A stretch of 64,000 nt of DNA, taken from Adineta vaga (taxonomy: Eukaryota > Animalia > Rotifera). Both the position numbers and the translations under genes were made by a program. Position 1 is the stretch's first letter, and each line of letters starts with the position of its first letter. The notes beneath the pieces were generated by a model. It was not told the origin of the DNA, made no database searches, and saw only the letters and a program-made list of their open reading frames with translations. Shown here one piece after another: positions 26,250 through 40,905 of the stretch. Where the stretch lies: positions 8,556,001-8,620,000 of the forward strand of contig CP075492.1 of assembly GCA_021613535.1 (NCBI GenBank), read 5' to 3'.

Positions 26250-29200
26250 TTAGTCTTGTTGCATTTCATTAGGATTCTGTGTGGAGATTGAACATTGATG
26301 AAATTCAAGTTCATTAACAATAGTTTGATAAAATTTTAGTTGTATGTCATAACCGTCTACTATTGACTTTTGTTTCGTTGTTGAGTTAGTTGAGTCAAGT
26401 ATTTTAAGTACATTTTCATCGGGAATACGATTGTCAGTTGCTACTACGTTCTTTTTACTTTTTTCAAATTCATCAATACTAGCTCGTAATGGAATACATT
26501 GTGATTTGACTCGTACTGGTAAAGAATCATCATTGCCATTAGATATGTATGCCAAAAAGACTCGCTGAAAAGAAAAAGAAAGTTATCATATAATTAAAGA
26601 AAAGTATTGGAAAAGTCCTTCTTATTCTTTCCTCTAAACTAAATAGTATAATCATTGAAGTGAAAAAATATTTGTCATAGTAGTTGAATCGTACATTCTT
26701 TTTTTTCTCTCAACGTAATGGTATGATTTTGCCGCATGTATGCATCCGGAAGACAATCGGATACAATTATCATTGATAATTAGATATATATCTTTTTTTA
26801 GATCTTCTAGAATCCTTAATCATCGAGGTAATCTACAAATCTTTTGTATGAACATCTACACGCAAATTCGCACCATGTATTCTAATTAATTTTCTCACTT
26901 AGTTAAAAAAAAAAGATTACGAAGGATGACGCCAACTGTTTCGTTCTGATGATTATAACTAATAACTCATTAAACTAATCAATACAAAAAAAGCGATTGG
27001 ACTTTGAGACTAATGTGCATTTTTAACGTTTCTTATCATAATTACTTCTTCTCTGTCTCTCTCTCTCTTACTGATGACGTTATGTGTAAGTTTTTCAAAT
27101 TGATAGTATTATGAATCAAAATGATGTGACTTACATCAGATCGTAAGAAAATTCAAGAGATTTATACGTTACGATTACAATTGAATAACTCAAACTAACC
27201 ATTAGATGTGCTTTGAGTATGTTACTACATTGATGCTCATTTCCATATCGAACGATCAATTGAATAATGAGATCTGTTATGTTAACACTACGTGATTGTC
27301 TTTGTCGTAAAGAATCGACGACATCTAGACATCCAAGATGAAATGTAATTGAATTTGGATTTGATTCAATTGTTGTTGTTAAGATAAAATCAAGTAATCT
27401 TCCAAGATCATTATCATCAAGACTATTCGAATGTACAGTAAAAACACGTAATAATTCTAAACGAATATCATTTGCTGTTTGTTCATCAAGTATAATAAAA
27501 ATTTGTGTTAATTGACCAAGTAAACATTTAAAATTTTCATTCATATTCGTATTCGATAGAAATGTCAAAAGACGTAAAGTAAGAAGAAAATTCTTACAAG
27601 TTAATTCAGTTATAATCGGTAAAGAAAGAAATTGTTGAATAGAATAAATACATGTATCAATTGTATGTTGAATTTGATTAGAATTTAATTCTGTATTAAA
27701 TAAACGTATAAATGGATATAATTGTTCAATTGTTGATGGAAATCGTAAGGATAGATTCGTTGAATTTGTAATGGATTCTTTTGAATAATTATTTAAATAA
27801 AAATCATACATTCGATGAAATGTATTCGATGAATTTAAGGTATCATAAGCATGAAATTTAACTAAACCTATATTTGGCATTGTTAATAATTGATTGATTA
27901 AACTTGAATGTATATCAAGTCGAAGAAGTTCAGCAAGAAATAAACCACATAGATATTGTAGTTGTATCGATGGATGATATATAAACCAAGATTGAATAAT
28001 TAATTCACTGGATAATTGAACAGATGTTGATGTCACTGATAAATTATCATCAGTCATTTGAAGAAGTTTGTCCATTGAAGAGAGAATTGTTTGCATTGGT
28101 TCATGTTGAAAAAGTCTCATAAGAAGAGAATATGTTATATCATAAAGACTACCATATTCGACTTGAGTTTTACTAAATGATATTGGAAGAATCGCAGGTA
28201 AGATAAGTTGCATTCGACATTGATCAATGAAATGAAATATGTGAGAAATTAAAAGATTAATAAGATGAATGGCGAGATCAGTTGATTGTTTAATTAATAT
28301 TGTATCAAGTGCTTCAATAATACGAAAAAGAAAGATTAATGATGCATATCTATGTTTAGTCGATGATAATTCAAGAGATAAGTCATCGAAGAATAACTTC
28401 GATGAATTTGATATAGAATAAAGGATAAAATTTTGAAGAATTTCTTGTAACAATATAGTATTATTGAAAAAGTCAACTTGAAAACGATTTTGTTGACAAG
28501 TTGATTCAAGACATTGATGTAGTTGGAACATTGTACGAAAAAAATCAGTAAAATTTTCGATTTGAGATATAGTATTATTTTGTTGAATTAATCTATGTAA
28601 CATTTGAAGATATAAACCAAACATCTAGGAAATTGTAAAAAAAAGAACAATTAATTTCTAGTCAGTTCAATAATTTTTGAAAAGAAATCGACTTACTTTG
28701 ATAGTTGGTGATTCTCGATTGTTATCTGATTTATCTCGAAAACTTTTTATAGAAATAATAGTCATCTGTTGTAATACACTTCCATAAACCGCTACTATTA
28801 AACCATCATTAACATCATCGATTTTTATTTGCGATAATTGTTGAGATTGTTGTTGATCATCACCACCTGTTAGTATTTTAACAATAAGTTTCTGACAAAT
28901 TAAAGTTGTTAAAACATCGGAATTAGCAATCGAATCAGCGACCAGACGTAATTGTGCACAAAAATTTCGCTGTTCAGGTGAATTACTTATTAATATAGGA
29001 AATTTAGGTGATTTAATAAGTTCTTTAATTTGATTATATAATTTTTTTGTATTGGTTATCAATAATGTCATATGATCTTGTGATAAATATGGACCAGATA
29101 TAATCATATCGGATTTTTCAGTGCATATTTTTGATAAAGAAACGATCGTTTGAAGAAGACATGGAACAAGTAGTGCAACTAATGTCGAATCAGATGACGA

Positions 29201-29353
29201 GCTAAGACGACTTAATTGATTAGAACATTCGTTAATAAGAGATTCAAGATCATTTAGTGTTTGTTCATCGTGAACACGTGAGGAATGAAGATTTCTAAGA
29301 CGTTGTTCTAGATTTGTAATTATAATCGAAACTGTTCGAGGACTTGAATCCAT
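26250..29353 (-). CDS. FIRRM/C1orf112 (FLIP)-like helical-repeat protein, 3 exons
   Basis: Exons 29353-28697, about 28625-27200 and about 26565-26250 splice in frame. The block VPCLLQTIVSLSKICTEKSDMI...LLITNTKKLYNQIKELI...VADSIANSDVLTTLICQKLIVKI resembles FIRRM as recalled. Confidence 0.5.
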
Positions 29354-30228
29354 CTAGAATTTCAAAAAGGAATAAATCAAAAGATACGATACGATCGTTT
29401 TCTTTTTTTTCCTTATATTGTCATTGTATATACCACGTGCATTTACTATTCGTAACTATGGTAGACAAATAGTATTACGACGAGAAGAATCATGAATCAA
29501 TACAAAGATACATCGATTATTGAGGGATTTTAATATTTGTAAGAGATCTCATTAGAAATAAAATAGAAGTACAAAAAACAACCTACAATCATGAATATCA
29601 TTATAATTTTCATTTTTAACAACAAAAAACGGTCATGGGAGTGACTAATGGGGGTGTTTCTAGTGAAGATAACCATTAGCCTTCGGACCGCATTTTATAA
29701 TCAATTATAAAAGTTATATATATTGAAACTCATTTGAAGTTATGCAATGACATTCAATAGACAGAAACAGCAAAGATATGAATTTCGCAATACTGGCAGG
29801 TAAACCTCATGGTAGGTAACGACGATAAAATTCTCCAATAGAATTTCATCTGAATAGTGGATAAAATGACAACAAATCGTAATTTTGTCAAGAATATGTT
29901 ACTGTGACTAAACAGCGTTTTTCCAAAAACAAATCACAAGTTTATTCTACAATTATTTTAATAAATCCCTTGAACTTATTTTAATCAATAAAAAAAAACT
30001 TTCGAAAAAAAGAAGAGTTTTCATAGCAAAGCAAACACAGATGGTCATCATTGAGAATATTTGTATATAGTACCACAAGTAGACACATATAAATTATCAT
30101 CGAATTAAAACGAAGAAAAGATAAAGATAAAAAAACACAAACAAAAAAGTCAAATTAAAGACACATACGCTAAGAAGCAACAACAAAAATATATATATAT
30201 GTTAGTCTAAAAAACAAAAAGAGCACAT

Positions 30229-33200
30229 TTATTGTTGTAAAGAAGATGCATTTGTTGTTTGACGATGCATAGTTTGTACCATCAAACTGATATAGGATGT
30301 CAATAGATCATCCATTTTATAACCCTAGATAAGATAATTAATATTTCATTAAATATGTAAGATGAAATTAAACTTACCAATGGTGATTCACATAATAGAC
30401 GAGTACCTCGAACAATATCGCCCACAGTCTAGAAAAACGCATCATGTTAAGAAATTGTTGTGTTAGTTTTACGAGAAAAGATATTTTACCATATTGAAAT
30501 AAGTATTTCCACTTGACCAATTTGAAATACTTGTAAATGAATATGTAATAAGTAAATCTTTACTTTTTGGATGTATTAAATTGACTCCATTTTTATTTAT
30601 AGCAATTAATAACTGTTCAGGAAATGTTGGATCCGATGTTTGCTAAACAAGAAAGGAGTCAATAGAAGTTTATTATTGATCAAAAATTAGTTCATCTACT
30701 TTAACTTCGAAAAATGCTGAACCAAATGTTGACCATTGATAGGTTATTTGAAGAAACATAATTTTTGCATCTTCAGGTGATACATTACGAGATTGGGCAT
30801 GAGCAGCCATAATTTTCTAAGATATCGAAAATCAGACTTTAAAAAAGAAGAAACTTTGAAAGAAGAGATATACTTTTCGCCAATCAGCATAAGGAACTTT
30901 ATCAACAAGATCAGCTGGAACAAAATCTTTGAGTCTATAAAGAAAGAAAAGTTTATTGTTGAATAGTACAATTGAATGCAAAAATGTTCTCAATCTCTTC
31001 TACATAATTTGCCTGATGAATATTACTACAAACGTGAGAAAAGTTTGCTTCTTACTGAATATTTTCGAACTGAGTTGTATTATCACCGAATCGAACACGA
31101 TATATACAAGCAGCTAATTTTATAGCATCTTCAACTGAACATTTATGGTAACCACGAATTAGTTTTGGAAGTTCCTAATAGAAAAAGAACAAATCGAGTT
31201 AGAGTACTTTTTCCATTTCATATATCATACTTGATGATAATGAAAAATAATATCAGCCATTTTATCTTTTCCTGGAACAGCATTTGTCCATAGTTTTCTC
31301 ATGAAAAATATTTGATAAGTATATTTTGGTGGATCTTCACGTTGTTTTGTTTTCTTTATCCATTCCTAAACATTATGATAGAATAGTATGTGAGTAACTG
31401 AAAGTATAACAAAGACTTACGGTTAAATGTCGAACAAAATCAAAGAAGAAATCTCCTTCTGGCACACTAATGACTTTATCAAGAATTTTAACAAATAAAC
31501 TAAAACCTTCACTAGATTGTAATTTAAGTCGATCAGCAATATTTCGACAGAAATCTTTTGCACGTGTTGATGAATCAACTTCGAATGCTTCCGATGTATC
31601 ATCGGGAAAATAAACTTTATGATAAATCTGTGTGGTCATATGTTGTATCGCTTCTACTTCTACTTGATGTGGAGGATGTTTACGTTGACCATTCCTACAA
31701 ATGAAAAAGAATGAAAAGATTCAATTTGGAAAGAATAAAATTTACTTTAATGTGCGTTGTAATCGAGCGAAACAATCAGCTGCTAATTGATGTTTACGTG
31801 ATCGTAAGAATAGATTTACTTCTCGTAGTAAAACAGCACTCGGTGCAAAACATCCACTTGCCAACCACATTAATTCCCAACCACGTGATTCACTTGATCG
31901 ATTGCCATTATCAGTTAATTGTTTTATTATTTGACAGTACAATTCATCTTTCAAGATTTCCTAGAAAAGAAATGAAATTTATTATTGTTCTATGATCTAA
32001 AAAAGTTTAAATTATACTGACATATTTCAATGCAGGATCAAAAACAGCATCTGTCAATTCATTGGTTGCTCGACGTCGATAACCAGTTTGATAATCACCC
32101 ATATATTTCAATATATTCATAAAACAAGCACAAGCTTCTTCACTTAATTCAAGTTTTTCTTGTAATTTTTTCAATAACGGTTGTCTTATGGGTTCTTTTG
32201 AAAAGTCCATAGACGATCACCGTTATTATTTGCTCCTCCACGTCGTGTAAATGTATTTGACCATGTACGTTTAGGTGCTGAACGAAAATTCGTTTCAGCA
32301 TATTTTTCTAATGTATAACCTTGTTCAGGTAAAAATTCACTATTACTATTTTCACCGACAGATAAGCCAGAGAAGAGATGATCATTTTGTGTTTGTTGTT
32401 GATTGGCATCAGCCCATCGTAATGCAAATATTTGTAAAATATCTTGTGGTGGTTTTGTTAATGTTGGTAAAATGTAAACACATTCACTTGGAAATTCACC
32501 CGTTGCACCTGTTCGTTCATTAAATCCGAAGAGAGAACCTGAGGAATTTGAACGTACATCTTCTTCTAATGTTAGTAAATCACCACGATGTATTGCTAAA
32601 CCAGGTCCAACTGGTTCAAAATCTTGTATAACAACAACAAATTTTGATTTTCGTTTTAGACCTTCTAAGAAATTAATAACTAAATCACGTATATCATCAG
32701 CATTATTCGATGTAAATGTATATTCTTCATTTTTGATTGTAATAATTGTAAAACTATTACTTTGTTGTCGTCCAGATGATTTACTACTAAGTATTTGAGT
32801 GATTTCAGGAAACGATAATTCAAGTAAAACTTGTTCCTGATCATCAATAACATAAACACCTGTCCAATTGACAGCAATAATGACTTCATTTTTCGGCAAA
32901 GTTGGTCCAGAAAATTTATATGCTTCATAGAAACGTGAAAATAAAAGTGGCCATTTAAATCGAGCATAATTGACGACATCTTCTTTGACACGAACAACTG
33001 ATATGGATTCTTTTGAATTACTGAAATGACGTTTATGAGCATGCATAATAATTTGTAACCAACGTTCAGTTGCTTTATTCTGTACAAGTTGACTGTCAGG
33101 AATATAATGAGGTAACAATTCACGTAAACGATCCGTGTGTAATTCTTGTCCATATTCGATAAAATATTGTTGTGCAGCGATCATTGCTAAGTCATCATCT

Positions 33201-36200
33201 AAGAAATATGAGGTTAGTTACAAGAATTTGAAAACTATGATTATTTTACCTTTTTCACAACGATATTCTCCAAATTTGATGCCTCGAACAACCTGTTGAT
33301 AGATTAGATTTGTTGCTACTGAATCATCTCGTGGATTATGCCATGGTGCAAAGATTTCTTTACGAAAGAATAATCGCCATGGTGCTATTTTTTCTAAAGT
33401 TCCTTGTTCTTTTGCATATTGTTCACATTGTGATATAGCATCCATAACATGATCCATTCCTGAACCAAGGGATGAAACTTTATCAAATAATGCAATATAT
33501 AATGAAAAACCAAATTTATCCGTTAGATTAATTTTTTCAGCTAATAAATCACACAATTCACGTGCCGTTGTAGCCGAATCAGCTTTTAATGCTTTGGAAC
33601 TACCGTCCATAAATGTTATTTGAAGTAATAATGGTTCTTTATGTTTAGTTGCCTAAAACCAAAAATATGTCTAAAACATTTGCTTATAAATTTTCTTACC
33701 TGTAATTCAAGCCACGATGGTGGTTGTGTACGTGAACCATTCATCATTGTTCTTGCTAAACGTTCGTAACAATATCGTGGAAAACCACTTGGACCATTTA
33801 AAATGAAATTTTGTAAGTATTTTATTAATTTTTGTGATGGTGCAAAACAGCCGACACATAATGAAAGTAAAACCCATCCACGTGCTATTGATTGTGATGA
33901 TGGATTTCCTGTTAATTGTTTACATATTTGAGAATAAATTTCATCACGTAATTCAGCAACATGAATACCGATACCAATAATAAAATGTAATTTTTCTAGA
34001 TTTGATGTTGGTCGATCTTCAAGAAATGGATTCATACCCGACATTTTGATTTGTTGTGTAGAACTTAGCGCATCTAAATCTTTCAATCGTGTGATTGCTA
34101 CATCAGTGGATAGTTTTGATTTTCTTTTCAATGTCATATTAACTAATTTTTGTTTGACAGATCGTGATGTTGGTTTATTTGATACTGATGATGAACCATT
34201 ATTTGTATATGTCGTCGACGAAGTATCTGGAGGTGGTTGATTATCAATTGATTCATTTAATTTTTGTGCTTCTTCTAAATCTTTTTTATTAAATTTTCTA
34301 CCAAGAGTTGAATGAATTTTGTTCATCACAGATTGTTTTTGATGAATCACATTTGCTGTACGTACATCAGGTAGATCACACATAAATCGAAGAATGGTTA
34401 TCCAAATAGCCAGAGCAGCCTAATCAAAGAGGAAAATATTATAAAAAGAATACTACTCCCATATCTGTTTTGCTGAATATAAGTGAGGCAACTATGACTA
34501 TATTTCTAAACTCTATGATCAGATCATTTATTCTGTCACTGTATTGAAGATAGAATCTAGAGGTTTTCTTTCTGTATAATATTGTCTGTTCATGACATCT
34601 CTTTTCATTCTCAAAAGAATAAGAATTTACCAATTGATCTCGTTCAGATTTGATTGCAAGTAATGGTTGTTTGAGTGTCTTCTTAGTAAAATGTGGTGTT
34701 GCATTTCCTTGAAAATAAGTCGAAGCAAATTTTGCAAATGTATATTCTCTTAAATCTTCATCTTGATATGGTAAAGGTAATGGTTTATCAATTCGTTCGA
34801 TATTATCCGTTGATTGTGGCATATTCCCTAGTGTTGTATGCATTCCACCAGCTGTCGTCGCTGTTGGACGATATACAGGTGTTGTGCGTTCATCACTACT
34901 TGACGGAAACATATTATTAAATAGATCATTTTCATCTGTATACGTTTTTGTTTCCATTAGTAAACGTTTTTCTTTGGCACGTTGTTGATCAAGTCGTTCT
35001 TGTTCATGAATTTCGCGTTGAAACAATTTTAATCGTTCCTGATATTTTCTTTCAGCTTCTTCTTTGGCACGTTTAGCACCTAATGTTGGAATCAAGCGTT
35101 TTTCTTCTTCGTATCGTTCTTGTTCAGCTTCACGATACATCTTCTCTTCTAGACGATATCGACGCATTTGTTTCTGTGCAATATGACGACGGACCTCGGA
35201 TTGTAGGATAACAATTGCATTTAATTTTCGACTACAATTTTGACGAGCTTACAAAAAGAAAAGAAAACACATAAATAGGAGAATAAAATAGTTTTTCTTC
35301 TTACCAAGATAACCTCGACAAAATCGTTGTAGATTCAATATACGTGAGCGTAAAACGGAATAGCGAAGTGTTAACATACGTGTATGAAATAGTGTTTGTA
35401 AACGTGTAAAACCATTGGTAATAGTTTGATAGCGTTTTACTTCACGATAACTTTTGCAATAACGTTGGATGAGCAAAACACCTTGACGAAGAGCAAGAAA
35501 TTGCCGTCGAGCAATCCATTGACGAATTGTATTTTGTAATACAAGAATTTTTCGTGCCATAACTTGTTCACGAGCTTGCTCAAGAAAAACATCTTGTGCA
35601 TCCTAGTAATTCAAAGAATTATTTATCAATAGTGAATGTTTTTTTGTTTTGTTTTGTTTATACTTTGAGAAAGACTTTTGTTTTACCAATTTGATAATCT
35701 TGATTAGGTAAAGCAGCTTTACAAATTTTATCCGATGCTGCTCGACAATCTCCTTCACGATGAGATGGTCCAATGCTTGCTGCCAGTAATCGATATCGAT
35801 CAACAAAATCATGGAATAAATGTCGAATGGGATAACCTTTTCGTCGAATGCTAATTGTTTCCATCATACCAGAATAACGTAATTGTCGACAGACTAATGC
35901 ACGATCGAAATTCTAATAAAAAAAAAACTTTCGATCAACAATCATTAATCAAGATAAAATCTATTTACATCAGGTGCTTTATATTCATTTGGTTTAATGC
36001 AACGAACAAAGAATGGTTGACATGCAGCTAGAATTGTCATTAGTGAATCAAGTGATTTTTTAAATTGTGTACCAAGTGATGGAGCACGCTTTCTCGTTTC
36101 CGTACCAACTTGAAATTCATTTAGAAATAAATTTCGTAAAAATTTACTCTTCGTTTCCTGTAATAGTTTCATTAGATCTTGACTGAATGTATCACGATTT

Positions 36201-39200
36201 TTTTCAAGAAAATCTATAAAAAAAATATCATGAAAAGTTTTTCTTTCAATTTAAAATTAGACATACTTTCACAATCATAGTAAACATTTCCAGCAAAATG
36301 TCGAATACCGAAACTGAAAATGTTATCAGTTTTTCTTGGAATGAAATTTTCATTTTTCGAATGATTGACATGAAGTTTATCGCATAAAGAACGATCCGTA
36401 CCTTTAGGAAAACGACTTTCTTCATCGATTAAGGCAATTATATTCATTGATTTGCTGGCAATTAAATCAAGTATACGTTGATTATCTTCGAAAGAAATAT
36501 GTTGCCAATTGATATTTTCATTGTCATATTCTTCTTGTTCCAATTTGAAGATATGATGAACAAAGAATTGTTGTAAATTTTCGTTGGCATAATTGATACA
36601 TAGCTGTTCAAAACTATTTCGCTGAAAATTCTCAAATCCAAAGATATCTAAGATTCCGAGACTATAAAAAAAATATAACGAATCTTAGCATCATCTTTCG
36701 ACATAAAATATTTATGATACGATTTTCAAATCATAAATTTCTGGATTTTAATAAAAATTCTTCGATTTCTTATCTTTATATGATTGTTAATGAAACTAAA
36801 TATTTTGCATTCTTAAACACTATGAACTCTTATCTAAATTAGTCTAATAAAGAATTTCTTTGTAAAATTCATATCTAAAACGTCATCTTCTCATATTATT
36901 TCGTAAATAAATATTCATATTTCTATCCATTATTAAGTGGTAGTGTGAAGAATGTATTGCAAATACTCGGCATCAATTTATTGACAAGTTCTATTCCTCC
37001 GATTTTTTTTTCAAGATTAATGTATTAGTATGGTTTCATCTTTCAAAAAATGTTGACTTTATACAATCGATTACCTTCTTCGATATGCTACACGATCTTT
37101 TGGTTTAAATATCGCCGAATTAATTTTGTCAACAATCCAAATAAACATCTTTCCATAGATTCCCTTCACGAATGCATCTCTAGAGAAGACAAATATTGTT
37201 TTCAATGATTAATATGATCTTCATTCATTACCGAACATCAAAAGCTTGTTCTTGAGTAAGAGGTGTAACTACTGCTTCTCCATGAGCAAATATTGTACGC
37301 TTTAATAAACCATCACAGAGACCATTTTCATCAATCTTAAAGAAAAATAAACATTCAATTCATAATCGGTTTGAGGTATCATTCTACTTTAAGTAATTTC
37401 GAAATAATTCGAAGAACATTAGTATTCGCTACAACACATGTATCCATATTTTGAGTTGTTGTTGCTAAAGAAGAAAACTTTTCGTCAAACTTTGATTGTC
37501 ATATTCCATAGATTTTACCTTGAAATCTTAAGTTTCCAAGATGTAAAACAGCTGATAGTAATCTTAGAATATCATTTAATTCTTCATCACTAAACATCAA
37601 CACTTTGCAAGCACTTTTTATTGACGCCCATTCTTTTGCATCATCTCTACTATCACAATAAATCGTTCCATCAAGCTAATTAAAGAAGAAATTTTCGATG
37701 AAAACATAATAAATAAATCTTTTTTTCGTAACAAACTTGATTAAGATAAATATAATCACTCGCAGCTGTTAAATCTAATTGTTGTTTTTCTTCTTTCGAC
37801 ATTCCAGCTAGCATACAGTAGAAAACATGATAGTTTCGTTCATCACGAGCCTTAAAAAGAAAAGATATTTCTATGATGTATAATTATAATCAGTAAAATT
37901 TGAATCAACAAACTTGAGATACAATACGAGATTTTTCTAATAAATATTGTTCTATTTTTGCTCCTTCAATTGCTCCTCGTTTATCAAAATGAATATCAAT
38001 ATATTTTCCAAAACGTGATGAATTATCATTTCGAACAGTTTTAGCATTGCCAAATGCTAAAACAGAAAATCTTCGATTTTAACTCTTTTTTTCTCTATCT
38101 TCAAATGAACCTTCAAGAATTGGATTTGCATCAAGAATTTGCTGTTCAATCCATGAATGTTGACCACTTGTTGCTGCCAAAAATTGTAAAATTAATTTTG
38201 TTGATTCAGTTTTACCACTTCCACTTTCACCACTGATTATAATACATTGATCATGTTGATATCGTTGCATACTCCAATATGCATTATCACCTGTAGCAAA
38301 TATATGAGGAGGTAATTCACCAATTTTTTTATTAGAATATCGTCGCATATATTCAATGTTATAGATATTTATGGATTTATATGGATTTACAGCAACTAAG
38401 ATGGATCCAGTAAATGTCTAAAAAAAAGAATGATAGTGCACAGATGAAACTTTCGATCTTCATTCGAAAATAAGACATGATTACATAGATTTTATCATTT
38501 TTGTATCGAATATGAAGATTGTGTAGTATTGCAGATTCTTTCAGATCGCCTAGGGATATCATATCATCTACACCATCAATAGAACTTTTATGCATTGGCC
38601 GAAATTTGGTTTGGATAGGGAATTGAAGTTCCTAAATGAAAGGATGGTAAAATACCATATCAGAGAGTAGAAATGAGAATAGATATACTTTTCCATTGTC
38701 ATCAATTAAAAGAATTTGTCCGGCTTGCGTACCGACCACACGAGCACCAATTTCGACATTGAACTCATTGCCAGTACGCTGATCGACCCAGACATGATCA
38801 CCCTAAAGACAGAAAAGAAAACGAAACATTTTTTTTCTCTCTTAAACTTCGAAAAAAACGAATAAATTCAGCATAATCAACCTGTAGAAAGTAATGATTA
38901 ATTGTTAGCGATGGCATAGCTTTAATTCAATCTACATTTAATTGTTTTTGTCTTTTTATTTGAAATAATTAAGCGCATGCGTATGCACTGATTGAAATCA
39001 TTTGTCTTGTCCTCTATACACACATTTAATGAACATCATTCAAGTACGATTATACTGGATATGTATATTCATCTGTTGACATTCTCTCTCGTTTTATACA
39101 TATTTTAATAATTGCTCATGAGTAATTGACAAATGCATAGATTCGTACATAACAAAATTAGTAAATGTAATATAATTGATGTCTCTTTTAACTAGTTATC

Positions 39201-39695
39201 ATCAAGTATATATTAGTAGGCAATTTTCTCTTCCTCTCTGTTTTTAGAGACATTTCAATCTAACCACTGATTGTCTATATGTGTGTGAATAAACCTCGAT
39301 CAACAATGAGTACTGATAGACATGGAGAAGAATTAAGAAATTTAGAGAATAAGTACACGTCAATAAACGAACATCGATTTTGTCGACAACGACACATAGT
39401 TTACTAAGAGATCAATTTTTGTGATAGACAATTACAAGCGTGATGTAACATAGAACTATGAATGAAAGAGAGAATCATTTATGAATCAAGGATAAAACAC
39501 GTATAGCGGCATTTTCGATAGAAAATAGTCATTCGATCGAAATTACATGGACAGCAATTTAACGAAATAATAAAATACCCGAGAATATTGCATGATGTGA
39601 CTATATATCGATGATTAAAGTAAACTGAATAGGAATTACTCATATAAAATTTGAAGAATATAAATGATTCAACTTACTTTTGCAACGCTCACCAT
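30229..39695 (-). CDS. MYO7A: Unconventional myosin VIIa (crinkled-like): motor, IQ, MyTH4-FERM, SH3, MyTH4-FERM
   Basis: P-loop [29 protein letters not shown] motifs, two MyTH4 ([14 protein letters not shown]; [12 protein letters not shown]), FERM, SH3 and C-terminal [13 protein letters not shown]. Confidence 0.96.
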
Positions 39696-40905
39696 TCAGT
39701 ATGAACCTGAAAGAAGATCATAAACGAATATACATTATATTCTGACATAATGAAAAGCACAAACTTTTTATACAAAAAAGATTTGAAAGACAGATTCGTT
39801 AAATATAATAGCAGCAAACACACATACACAATCAGAGATTATGCATCACATTTTCTTCGTCTTTTTTTCCTTCTTTTCAGGTGAGTATATACTTGTATGC
39901 CCGCCCGGTAAAGGTAGTCGACTGCAGAGAATGGTTCTCTTCTTCTTCTTCTACTTCGTCTTCTTCTTCTTCTTTTCTCCTTGCCTTTGCTTTATAACAT
40001 TTTTTTTATTTGAACAAAATCTTCCCTCCTGTCGTGCACGCGTATGTGTATGTGTATGCAGTGTGTGTGTGTGTTCGTTTTGCGTTCTTTGTCTCGCCTT
40101 TGTAATGACTGACCAAATGCAATCGTTTGTAAAGAGTCGCCTTTCTGCTGTCTCCTTCTACTCGTATTTTTCTTTTTATTCTTATTCTGATATTGAGCTG
40201 AAGTAAAACGAAAGAAGAAGAAGATGAAGAACGAACTGTTCTTTCTTTTTTTCTCCTTCTTAGTCAGACAAATAGTGCAGACAGTGTCTCAGTCACGAAC
40301 ATATTTCAACATCAGACCTGTCAACTATAGTATGTGCCACAGAATTTGTCCTGATGTCTGTAAAGAAAATGTTTACGAATATGTCCAAATGAAGATATAA
40401 CAGGAAAAGAAAAATGCGACAATCACTTTACAGTCTAAATTGACACATCAACATTAGATCAATAATCAATGTCGACCTTCTTTCTTAAACTAACGATACT
40501 CAATTTACGTTCTTTTTACGAACGTGTTAAAAGAAGACAGCTGAAGTATACTATACTATCAACAAAAAGAAAATAAAGGCACTATCTCGATTGAAACATA
40601 AGAATAGTGGAAAAAGATTTCTAAAGTAAAACTTTAATGATTCATATATACAAGAAAATAGAGAATGATATGAATAGTAAATATGGAAGATATTGATTTG
40701 TTTCAATGTAAAACAAGTTTGCTGACATATGATTTTCAGAACTTGAAAAGAAAACAGATGTCGTTAAATATGTACTTTTCATTGGTTTAGCAAAATTCTT
40801 TTTAAAAACCAACAGAATGAGAGAAGCTCTTTTTCCTCTGTATTTCTCAATTCTCATTTCATTTCGTTGTAGTTTTATTTTGAAATAAATTAATTATCAC
40901 TAAAA

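Noticed and set aside
32275-34920. Antisense and alternate-frame ORFs within myosin VII
   Set aside because: Shadows of the codon bias of the real CDS.
39841-40206. 121-aa Phe/Cys-rich ORF
   Set aside because: Translation of (TTC)n and (GT)n microsatellites in the myosin promoter and 5'UTR region.
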